Source: an uncultured archaeon (lineage in GTDB: Archaea > Altiarchaeota > Altiarchaeia > IMC4 > SCGC-AAA252-I15). Taken from it: a stretch of 18,462 nt of DNA. The translations under genes and the position numbers were made by a program. This document shows, one piece after another, positions 1 through 7,572 of this stretch (positions are counted from its first letter, which is position 1; each line of letters opens with the position of its first letter). Under the pieces are notes generated by a model. The model was not told the DNA's origin and ran no database searches. It worked only from the letters and a program-made list of their open reading frames with translations. The stretch spans positions 1 through 18,462 of the forward strand of contig CAZPLO010000024.1 in assembly GCA_964587725.1 (NCBI GenBank). Direction: 5' to 3'.

Positions 1-2813
1 TTGAACACGTTCGCCCACAGGCTGTCTACATTGAACTGGCGGTAGTAGCTTAGGTCGTAGTTGAAGCATTCATCAGGACAGAGTGCTGAGTCGCATTCCC
101 TGCAGGGGTCGTGTTCCCTGCTGGCGGGACGGTCGCGCGCGTCTCTGCCGGCTGTTTCGTCGCAGTCGGAGTCCACTTCCTCGCCGCTGCAGTATCCTGT
201 GCGGGTGCACGCGAACTCGGTGTCGGTGGCGTTCGGCTTCCAGTACCTGTCCCTGCTGTTCTCCTGGTCTCCGAGGACGGCAGGCATGTTGCCGTGTGTT
301 GCCGGCCCGACGTCGTCGTTGCAGTCCAGCCCCCCCGGGTCGGTCCTCACGTAGTCGCTGTATCTGAAGGTCTCTGACTTATACTCGTCGTCAACCACCC
401 TCACGCCGCCGTACCCGCAGTATCCTTGGGAGCCTATAGGGTCTCCGTTATCGTCTACGGGAAACCAGGTGTAGCATGTGAGGTCCCAGTTGCCCCAGTC
501 GGTCCCGGACGGCAGGCTCTCACACGCCGAAATGTCGCGGTCTACCACATCCTTCCACTGGCACTGGCTGTTGTGGAGTTCGCAGTCTGTGCGGCTGCAG
601 GTGGTGCAGTCTGGGCTGCACCCGCTACACGAAGTCCAAGCACCCCCCACGTTTTTCTCGCATGCTCCGTCGTGCAGTTGACACCCTGGTTCGGAGCATC
701 CTCCGCAGGGGTTGCATCCGCTGCAGGGGTTCCAGTCGAATTCCCGGCAGCACGTCCACCCCTCCCAGTAATCTGATTCCGCAGCACACGGCATCAGATA
801 CCTTTTCCAGTCCAGCACATCAGACTTGACTTCACGGTCTCCGCCGGGTCCCAGGACGTCTATGTGCATCCAGTAGCCCTCGCCTCTCCACTCCGTCTCC
901 TTGACGAAGTAGGCGTTGACGTTGGTGGTTATGGATTCCATGGAGTCCTGGACGATGGCCGAATCCGGTATGCCGCTTTCGTAGTCGAGTTTGCCGTCGT
1001 ATACTCCGTCGCCCCACTCGTATAACGGGTTCTCCGCCGCCCGCATGTCCTCCAGGTCCAGGTAGCCGTAGTAGTCTGCTTTTTTGTCGAGGTACCCGCA
1101 TTCGCCTGTGAGTGCGTGTCTGGCGGAGCCGAGGGTGCAGGATGTGTCGCCGGGTTCGCAGGTGTCGCACCCCCATATCCTCTCCACGGACCGGTTGTTC
1201 CACCATAGGGTGTTGTCCAACGTGGTCTCCTTGAACTCGGGTTCGGAGTCGAAGATTTCATACTCGAATCTCCCCATCCTAGCCCCCATCCTCGAGTACT
1301 GGAACCCTTCGGTGTATAGGTCGGGGTAGTCGTAGTATTTTCCGGCGTCCACCAGCTGGTATACGCATTCTGTGAAGCCTTCCTCCCACACGCTCTCCCG
1401 GTAGTCCGTTTCCCCATCCGGGTTGATAAACACGTCGTCTTTGCAGTTGGTCGTGATCCTGAGTTTGCCTTGAAGGTCGCAGGACCTGACCAGTATATAA
1501 TCTGTATGGTATCTGATGCCGAATGTGTTAAGGTCCGGGTCGGCGGCCAACCGGTCCACGAGGTCGCGGTCGTTAACGCCTATCACGGTGTATTCGCTGC
1601 TGACAACCAGGTAGTCGGAGTAGTCCTCCTCCGTCCCGGAGGTTAGGGGCTGCAGACGCAGGTAGGCTGCGTTGCTCGACTCGCTCAGGTCTTTGACCCC
1701 TATTGACACGACGTTGGAGCAGTCGGGGTCCGCGTCCCAGCTCACTGAATCCCCTACTATCCTGCCGCAGGTGTATTCTCCGTCGTTCCAAACGCGTATT
1801 AAACGCAGGAAACAGTTAAGCCGGCTTTTATCCCCGAAGGAGGCTATCAGGGGTTCTGGCATGTACTCGTCGTTCAGCCCGTACACCTCGCTCAAGCACT
1901 CCCTGTCGGATCCCGTCCCGTCGCACTCCAGGTTTATGTTCCCGAATCGGTCTACCTGCACGTCCGCGTAGAACCGTTGGTCGCTGCACACGGGGTCGTT
2001 GGGGTACCAGCATCCGCATGCGTAGCTGGGGTACCTGTATTCGCCTTCTGCACTCCGGGTGGTCATGCACCTGTCGTCGGCTGGGTCCGGGGTGCACGAC
2101 TCCGTACTGTAGCCTCCCCCGTCCACCGTATACCAGAAGCTGCAGGTGTTGGCTGAGCACGTGTAGGGGTCCAGGTACCTGTAGCTGCTGTCCCTCAACT
2201 CGAAGTAGAGTCTGCTGCTGGGGCTGGAGCCCCTGCAGTACTCGTCAATCTGGGCGCCGCCCGCGATTCCTATGACGTTTCCCCTCCGGACGAAGCTTCC
2301 GTCGGGCACCCTGTCCATGAGGTGGCCGTAGTATGCGGTGTAATCCCCGTTTTCGTCGATGCCGTATACGGGCACGTCCAGGGTCTCACCCATCAGATCA
2401 AGGGTCTCGTATCCTGAAACGTATATGTCGCCGGAAACGAGTTCGACGGCGCAGCCGAGGGAATAATAGTTGGGGTCGTAATACGGGTCGCTGCCCAGGT
2501 GGTATGTTTCGTTGAACCAGTAGACTACTCCGTCGAACGCCGCATACACGGGCTCGCCGTCTTCGGCGTGCAGGTCGACGCCGTAGTGCCCTCCTGTCCC
2601 AAACCCGAAGTCCGCTTCACAGAGGGAGTCTTCGGGTTCGTCTGCCAGCTGCGTGGACTTCACAGGCCACACCATGTCGAATGGGACGCTGCATACGTGA
2701 CAGCATTCGAAGGGGTCGTATGTCCCGGCTGGACAAAGCACCGCGGAAGCAGTTGGTGATAGCAGAAACAGTGCGGCAGCGGCTGCTAAAACTGTGATGC
2801 GGGAGAGCTTCAT
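1..2813 (-). CDS. Large secreted Cys/Asp/Tyr-rich protein with an N-terminal M23/LytM peptidase-like domain (3' end beyond window, >=937 aa)
   Basis: Absent from the ORF track because there is no stop in the window. Manual translation from ATG 2813 gives no stop down to position 3. It begins MKLSRITVLAAAAALFLLSPTASA|VLCP (Sec signal peptide, A-S-A cleavage site). M23 hallmarks: WPV (aa 49-51), HYGVDLHAEDGEPVYAAFDGVV (H76, D80), YTAYYGHL (H164), VRRGNVIG, RLYFELR...YLDPY. About 50 Cys by manual count. TATA box 25 nt upstream of the ATG. Confidence 0.9.
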   Translation of the reverse strand, partial: MKLSRITVLAAAAALFLLSPTASAVLCPAGTYDPFECCHVCSVPFDMVWPVKSTQLADEPEDSLCEADFGFGTGGHYGVDLHAEDGEPVYAAFDGVVYWFNETYHLGSDPYYDPNYYSLGCAVELVSGDIYVSGYETLDLMGETLDVPVYGIDENGDYTAYYGHLMDRVPDGSFVRRGNVIGIAGGAQIDEYCRGSSPSSRLYFELRDSSYRYLDPYTCSANTCSFWYTVDGGGYSTESCTPDPADDRCMTTRSAEGEYRYPSYACGCWYPNDPVCSDQRFYADVQVDRFGNINLECDGTGSDRECLSEVYGLNDEYMPEPLIASFGDKSRLNCFLRLIRVWNDGEYTCGRIVGDSVSWDADPDCSNVVSIGVKDLSESSNAAYLRLQPLTSGTEEDYSDYLVVSSEYTVIGVNDRDLVDRLAADPDLNTFGIRYHTDYILVRSCDLQGKLRITTNCKDDVFINPDGETDYRESVWEEGFTECVYQLVDAGKYYDYPDLYTEGFQYSRMGARMGRFEYEIFDSEPEFKETTLDNTLWWNNRSVERIWGCDTCEPGDTSCTLGSARHALTGECGYLDKKADYYGYLDLEDMRAAENPLYEWGDGVYDGKLDYESGIPDSAIVQDSMESITTNVNAYFVKETEWRGEGYWMHIDVLGPGGDREVKSDVLDWKRYLMPCAAESDYWEGWTCCREFDWNPCSGCNPCGGCSEPGCQLHDGACEKNVGGAWTSCSGCSPDCTTCSRTDCELHNSQCQWKDVVDRDISACESLPSGTDWGNWDLTCYTWFPVDDNGDPIGSQGYCGYGGVRVVDDEYKSETFRYSDYVRTDPGGLDCNDDVGPATHGNMPAVLGDQENSRDRYWKPNATDTEFACTRTGYCSGEEVDSDCDETAGRDARDRPASREHDPCRECDSALCPDECFNYDLSYYRQFNVDSLWANVF
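558..734 (-). repeat. Two tandem ~32-aa six-Cys repeats within the large secreted protein
   Basis: WNPCSGCNP-CGGCSEPGCQLHDGACE versus WTSCSGCSPDCTTCSRTDCELHNSQCQ. The Trp codons are 96 nt apart (734 and 638). Confidence 0.8.
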
Positions 2814-2837
2814 GCTATTAAGTATAACGGGTTATGG

Positions 2838-2856
2838 TTATATAATCCGGGTTTCA
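2838..2856 (-). promoter_or_regulatory. Archaeal TATA-box promoter of the M23-like gene (probably leaderless)
   Basis: The minus strand reads TGAAACCCGGA-TTATATAA. TTATATAA (2838-2845) lies 25 nt upstream of ATG 2813. Confidence 0.65.
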
Positions 2857-3921
2857 GGCCCCGGTCAACCTGACATAGGACGTGGAGGTGGAAACCGTCT
2901 CCGGCGTCACATAACCTATTATCCTGCCTTCGTCGGCCACCAATGCAAGCTTCTTCGACAGCAGCGTCTTCAACGCGTCCTCCACGTTAGTATCCGCCTC
3001 CAACACCACATAGTCGGAGCCTTCCGTGTCGCCTACGGGGGATTCCGCGTCCACACGCTCCACGTCGTTCAAGTCCAATACTCCGCTGAGCATTCCGTCG
3101 GAGTCCACCAGCAGATACTTTCTCCTGTCCGGCCGGTACACCAGCTCCATGAAATCCCTCCACGACAGGTTCTTGTTGGCGTAGCTCATGTGTGGGACGG
3201 CGATGTCCCGCAGCCTAATGCCCCGCACCATCCTCCGGAGGTTCGCGTACTTCATCTCGCTGCTGCCCGCGTACGACAGGAACACGCCGATTATAATCCA
3301 CCACAGGTTCCCCATCAAAAGGCCCAGGAAGGCTAGCGTCAGGAATATGAACTGCCCCACCATGGTGGCCACTCTGGTGGCGCGTCCGTAGTCCATCCAC
3401 AGCGCCAGCACGCCCCTGAAGACGCGGCCGCCGTCCATGGGGAACGCAGGCAGCATGTTGAATGCGCCCAATATAAGGTTGACTGAAATCAGCACGCTGA
3501 GTATGCCGGACACGCTTCCCATGCTGAAGGTGCCCTCGAATATGCTGGACACCACCTCGTCGTATCCTATGAACTCCGCGTTTGACAGAACAAGCAGGGC
3601 TCCGCCGATGCCCGCGAGGAGGAAGTTGAACATCGGCCCAGCAGCCGACACCTTCAGCTCCAGCAGCGGGTCCTCCGGCAACTCTATGCTCGCCAGCCCG
3701 CCGATGGGCAGTAGAGTTATCTTAGGCACCTGTATGCCGTGTATCATGGCGGTGAGGGAGTGTATCATCTCGTGCGCCAGAACGACCGTGAATATGATGG
3801 CGAAGAACATCAGCGCCTGCACGCCAGCACCCAACAGTATCAAGGCGAAAAACAGCAGGAATGTTAGATGGAGTTCAACGGATATTCCCGCCACCCTGAA
3901 CAGCCGGTAAGACCACTTCAT
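2854..3921 (-). CDS. Site-2 protease (peptidase M50, SpoIVFB-like) with C-terminal CBS domains
   Basis: HExxH (HEMIH) within a TM segment, AAGPMFN, FNMLPAFPMDGGR (NPDG motif), multiple TM helices, and a CBS-like C-terminus (LLVDSDGMLSGVL; LVADEGRIIGYVT). Confidence 0.93.
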   Translation of the reverse strand: MKWSYRLFRVAGISVELHLTFLLFFALILLGAGVQALMFFAIIFTVVLAHEMIHSLTAMIHGIQVPKITLLPIGGLASIELPEDPLLELKVSAAGPMFNFLLAGIGGALLVLSNAEFIGYDEVVSSIFEGTFSMGSVSGILSVLISVNLILGAFNMLPAFPMDGGRVFRGVLALWMDYGRATRVATMVGQFIFLTLAFLGLLMGNLWWIIIGVFLSYAGSSEMKYANLRRMVRGIRLRDIAVPHMSYANKNLSWRDFMELVYRPDRRKYLLVDSDGMLSGVLDLNDVERVDAESPVGDTEGSDYVVLEADTNVEDALKTLLSKKLALVADEGRIIGYVTPETVSTSTSYVRLTGA

Positions 3922-3950
3922 GTTGTATCCAACTTGTAGGTGAACGCTCC

Positions 3951-3958
3951 TTTAAATA
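3951..3958 (-). promoter_or_regulatory. Putative TATA box for the M50 gene
   Basis: Minus-strand TATTTAAA about 30 nt upstream of ATG 3921. Confidence 0.4.
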
Positions 3959-3965
3959 TGGGGGG

Positions 3966-4451
3966 TCAGCCGCGCTGCATGGCGGTGACGCCTGTCCGGG
4001 CTATCTCCTTTATGCCCAGCGGCCTCATCATGTTCAGGAAAGCGTTTATTTTCTCGGAGTCGCCGATTATCTCAACAGCAAGGCTCTTGGGGCTGACGTC
4101 GACGACGTTGCCCCTGAAGACGTCCGCGTATTGTATAACCTGCGCCTTAGACTTGTCCGACGGCGTGTTCACCTTCACGATGCACAGCTCCCTGGAGACG
4201 CTTTTCCCAGGCTCTAAGTCGGTGACCTTTATGACGTTGACGAGCTTGTTCATCTGCTTGTTCACCTGCTCCAGTATCTGGTCGTCGCCCCTCGTAACAA
4301 TGGTCATCCGGGCTATGTCGGGGTGGTCGGTGGCTCCGACGGTTATGCTGTCTATGTTGTATCTCCTCCTCGCGAACAATGAGGCGATCCTCTGCAGCAC
4401 CCCCGGCTTATGCTCCACCAGGGCCGTGAAAATGTGGGTTTTCTCACTCAT
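3966..4451 (-). CDS. ilvH: Acetolactate synthase small (regulatory) subunit
   Basis: ACT domain [50 protein letters not shown] and C-terminal GIKEIARTG. 161 aa is the typical length. Confidence 0.95.
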   Translation of the reverse strand: MSEKTHIFTALVEHKPGVLQRIASLFARRRYNIDSITVGATDHPDIARMTIVTRGDDQILEQVNKQMNKLVNVIKVTDLEPGKSVSRELCIVKVNTPSDKSKAQVIQYADVFRGNVVDVSPKSLAVEIIGDSEKINAFLNMMRPLGIKEIARTGVTAMQRG

Positions 4452-4507
4452 CTTAAATACTCCCGTGCGGTACTACTTATAATAGTATACTATATATTAA
4501 GCTTACC
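4452..4507. promoter_or_regulatory. Divergent promoter region ilvH / eif2a
   Basis: AT-rich 56-bp gap. TTATAA at 4477-4482 is about 25 nt before ATG 4508. Minus-strand TTAATATATA at 4500-4491. Palindrome ATAGTATACTAT at 4482-4493. GGGAG SD-like site before ilvH. Confidence 0.6.
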
Positions 4508-5296
4508 ATGGCCAAGGATGAATACCCTGAAGACGGCGAACTGGTTCTGGGAACCGTAAACAACATATTCAGTCAGGGCGCGTTCATAGACCTGGACGAA
4601 TACCCCGGCCGCAGGGGGATGCTGCACTTGAGCGAAATCAGTTTAAAATGGGTTAGGAACATACGCGACTACGTTAAGGAGGGGCAGAAGGTCGTTTTAA
4701 TGGTTTTGAGGACGGACCCGAAACGCGGCCACATAGACCTGTCGCTCCGGCGTGTTTCGGATGCGGCGCGGAAGAACAAGCTGCAGGAGGTTAAGCAGCG
4801 GCAGCGCGCGAAGAAACTCACGGAACTATTGGCTTCCGAATTGAAGGTGAAGCCTGAAACAGCGTTCAAGAAGATATACGACGCATTATCCGACTATGAG
4901 TCGTTGTACGCGGGCATGGAGGCTGTTTCAGCCGACCCGTCGGCTGCCGACGACCTCGGCCTTGAAGACAAATGGCGGAAGAAGTTCGTGGAACTGGTGG
5001 AGAAGAGCATCAAACCCCCGTCTGTGGAGATAACAGGTTACGTGGAGTTGCGCAGCTACGAACCGGACGGTGTCGTCCACGTGCGGAATGCGTTGGAGCA
5101 GATAACAAAGCACAAGCCCAAAGGCTGTGAGATGGGCCTCACATACGTGTCGGCGCCCACGTACAGGGTGACGTTGACTGCATCGGATTATAAGACGGCG
5201 GAGAAGGCTATGCGCAAGGCCGTCGACCAGGGCATATCCTACATTGAAGGCCATCAGGGTTCGGGCGTGTTCCACAGGGAGCTGGAGGAGAAATGA
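4508..5296 (+). CDS. eif2a: Translation initiation factor 2 subunit alpha (aIF2-alpha)
   Basis: N-terminal S1 domain YPEDGELVLGTV...LDEY...LHLSEIS..WVRNIRDYVKEGQKVV..VLR.D..RGHIDLSLRRV and C-terminal YVSAPTY. Conserved synteny with nop10 and PAC2. Confidence 0.97.
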   Translation: MAKDEYPEDGELVLGTVNNIFSQGAFIDLDEYPGRRGMLHLSEISLKWVRNIRDYVKEGQKVVLMVLRTDPKRGHIDLSLRRVSDAARKNKLQEVKQRQRAKKLTELLASELKVKPETAFKKIYDALSDYESLYAGMEAVSADPSAADDLGLEDKWRKKFVELVEKSIKPPSVEITGYVELRSYEPDGVVHVRNALEQITKHKPKGCEMGLTYVSAPTYRVTLTASDYKTAEKAMRKAVDQGISYIEGHQGSGVFHRELEEK

Positions 5297-5451
5297 GGAT
5301 TCGCCGATGCGGTTCCGGACACTACACTCTTAAAGACAGATGCGGTAAGTGTAACGCCGAAGCCGTGGCGGTGGGTCCGGCGAAGTATTCGCCAGAGGAC
5401 CCCTACGGCAAGTACAGGCGTTTGATGAAGGAGGAGATGGCTGATGGATGA
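5293..5451 (+). CDS. nop10: H/ACA RNP protein Nop10 (52 aa)
   Basis: Not in the ORF track. Translates as MRIRRCGSGHYTLKDRCGKCNAEAVAVGPAKYSPEDPYGKYRRLMKEEMADG*, with the YTLK..C..C and P.KYSPEDPYGKYR signatures. ATGA overlap with the eif2a stop. Confidence 0.95.
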   Translation: MRIRRCGSGHYTLKDRCGKCNAEAVAVGPAKYSPEDPYGKYRRLMKEEMADG

Positions 5452-6208
5452 CGTGCAGGTGAACGTGCTGGAGCGCCCGGAACTGAAGGACGCCGTCCTG
5501 ATAGAGGGTTTGCCCGGCATAGGATTGGTTGGCAAACTCGCCGGAGACCACATGAAGGACGAGCTGGGCGCCACCAAGTTCGCCGAACTGTATTCACAGT
5601 ATCTGCCCCCTCAGGTGTCGATTCAGGACGACGGCACCGTCCGCCTAGTGAACATGGAATTCTACTACTGGAAGGGCGATAAAGACATAATATTCTTGCT
5701 CGGAGACTTCCAGGGGTTGACGCCGGACAGCCAATACCGCATCACCGAAAGCATACTGAATCTGGCTCAGGAGTTCAACGTCAAACGCATATACACGTTG
5801 GGCGGCCTGGGCACCGGAAGGATAACCAGCCAGCCCCGGGTCTTCGGCGCCGCAACCTCATCGAATCTGGTGACGGAGCTGGAGGAGCACGGCATCATCT
5901 TCAAGGGCGGCGGCGCCATATTCGGAGCCAGCGGCCTCCTACTCGGCCTTTCAATGCCTCTGGGCATCGAGGCGGTCTGCCTGATGGGTGAGACCCACGG
6001 CCAGATAATCGACGCCAAAAGCGCCGAAGCCGTACTGCAGGTTTTAACAGATATACTGGGTGTGGAAGTCAACATGAAGGAGTTGGAGAAGAAGGCTAAG
6101 CAGACGGAGGAGCAGATAGGCCAGATGAGCAAGATGATAGACCAATACAAGCAGGCTGCGGAACGCCAGCAACAAATCCTAGACGAAACACCCTCGTACT
6201 ACAGGTGA
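5444..6208 (+). CDS. PAC2-family proteasome assembly chaperone-like protein
   Basis: LIEGLPGIGLVGKLA, YTLGG, GASGLLLG, CLMGET.G..ID.KSA motifs. Usual position downstream of nop10. Confidence 0.92.
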   Translation: MDDVQVNVLERPELKDAVLIEGLPGIGLVGKLAGDHMKDELGATKFAELYSQYLPPQVSIQDDGTVRLVNMEFYYWKGDKDIIFLLGDFQGLTPDSQYRITESILNLAQEFNVKRIYTLGGLGTGRITSQPRVFGAATSSNLVTELEEHGIIFKGGGAIFGASGLLLGLSMPLGIEAVCLMGETHGQIIDAKSAEAVLQVLTDILGVEVNMKELEKKAKQTEEQIGQMSKMIDQYKQAAERQQQILDETPSYYR

Positions 6209-6774
6209 CTGAGGACGTCGCACAGGTTTTCGGCGGTGTTTATGACTGTTTCGCCGCCGGCTTTGTCTTCTTTCACTTCACCTGGTTTGTGGGCGACGCA
6301 TATTCCGCCGAAGTGCGCGGTTTTCCTGTCCCCCACCACCGTCATTTGCTGTATCAGCATCCACTGGTGTATCTGCTCTATCACGCCCTGCTGTCCGCCG
6401 TTCCGGCTGCCCCCCACGGCAAGGGCGGCGCCGACCTTCCCCGCCAACAGCATGCCGTTGCGGCGCAGCGGCAGCGTCCTGTCGAACAGCGTGTGCAGGC
6501 GGCCGGTGACGCCGCCGAAATACGTCGGCGAACCCACGATTATCCCATCCGCGTCCGCGAGTTTCTCAAGTATGGCGGCGACGTCGTCGTCGAGGCTGCA
6601 GTTCAGTCCCTCCCGGCAGGCGTCGCATACTGTGCAGAACCCGATTTCCTTTTCAGCCAATTCAATCTGCTCCACCTCAAAACCGCGTTTGCCGCAGACC
6701 TCCAGCGCCTTCCCCACAATGTATGCCGTGTTCCCCTCTCTCCTGTGGCTCCCATTCAACCCAACGACCTTCAC
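6199..6774 (-). CDS. Iron-sulfur flavoprotein (Isf / multimeric flavodoxin family)
   Basis: GS.R..GNT FMN-binding loop, Cx2Cx2Cx5C (CTVCDACREGLNC), ADGIIVGSPTYFG, GGSRNGGQ. GTG start overlaps the dapB stop (GTGA). Confidence 0.9.
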   Translation of the reverse strand: MKVVGLNGSHRREGNTAYIVGKALEVCGKRGFEVEQIELAEKEIGFCTVCDACREGLNCSLDDDVAAILEKLADADGIIVGSPTYFGGVTGRLHTLFDRTLPLRRNGMLLAGKVGAALAVGGSRNGGQQGVIEQIHQWMLIQQMTVVGDRKTAHFGGICVAHKPGEVKEDKAGGETVINTAENLCDVLSHL

Positions 6775-7535
6775 TTTAACCCCAGCACATCCCCCATGTC
6801 ATACATCCCTCTTTTGCCTTTGATGAACTCTATCGCGGCTGGTATGCCGGAGGCGAAGCTGTCCCTGCTGTGCGCCACATGCCTTACCTCAAACCGTTCT
6901 CCGAGGGTGCTGTATATTACGGTGTGTTCTCCGACGATGTCGCCTGCGCGTATGCTGTGCACCCCGATCTCCCCCTTCTTCCTCTGGCTCTCCCCCTCCC
7001 GGCCGCACACCACCTTCGACGCGCCGGAGGCTTCCTTCAGCACCTCCACCGCTTTTTTCGCCGTCCCCGACGGCGCGTCCTTCTTGAAACGGTGGTGCGC
7101 CTCTATGACCTCGATGTCGTATCCCCGGAGTTTCATGGCCGCCTCGCCCACCAGCTGCCAGAACACGTTCACGCCCACGCTCATGTTCGGGCTCACAACC
7201 GCGCCGACGTCCCCCAGATTATCCTTGAGCCTCTTCATCTGCTTGTCGGTGAAACCCGTAGTCCCCACCACCGCGTTGACGCCCGCCGCCGCCACTGTTT
7301 TGCTGTTGTTGACGCAGGCTTCCGGCGCGGTGAAGTCGACTGCGACGTCCGGCTTGGTCTTGGCCAGCGTCTCCTCCAGGTCGCTGACGTCCGTGACGTC
7401 CACGCCTTCGACGTAGTCGCCGACGTTGGCCACGTCGAATACGGCCACCAAGTCCATCCCGTCCGTTTCCGCAATCTTTTTCGCGGCCGCCCGCCCCATC
7501 ATGCCGGCGCCCAACAGCGCCACTTTAATAGCCAT
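6771..7535 (-). CDS. dapB: 4-hydroxy-tetrahydrodipicolinate reductase
   Basis: GAGMMG Rossmann motif, DFT, GTTG, SPNMSVGVN, EAHHRFKKDAPSGTA, RAGDIVGEH. Confidence 0.97.
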   Translation of the reverse strand: MAIKVALLGAGMMGRAAAKKIAETDGMDLVAVFDVANVGDYVEGVDVTDVSDLEETLAKTKPDVAVDFTAPEACVNNSKTVAAAGVNAVVGTTGFTDKQMKRLKDNLGDVGAVVSPNMSVGVNVFWQLVGEAAMKLRGYDIEVIEAHHRFKKDAPSGTAKKAVEVLKEASGASKVVCGREGESQRKKGEIGVHSIRAGDIVGEHTVIYSTLGERFEVRHVAHSRDSFASGIPAAIEFIKGKRGMYDMGDVLGLK

Positions 7536-7572
7536 CTTACCATTAACGTATTATGGCCGACGTATTAATAAT
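7524..7572. promoter_or_regulatory. Overlapping divergent promoters for dapB and purE, each TATA lying inside the other gene
   Basis: Only 17 bp separate the start codons. TTTAATA (7524-7530, +) lies inside the first dapB codons. Minus-strand TTATTAATA (7571-7563) lies inside the first purE codons. Confidence 0.55.

Noticed and set aside
61-2759. Many short ORFs (60-160 aa) on both strands in the ORF track
   Set aside because: They are shadow or alternate frames of the single long minus-strand ORF from 2813, which has the coherent signal peptide and domain motifs.
6205-7416. 403-aa plus-strand ORF, and similar antisense ORFs at 8976-9752, 14723-15502 and 16710-17438
   Set aside because: They are antisense to clearly identified or much longer genes, have no recognisable motifs, and are expected in GC-rich DNA.
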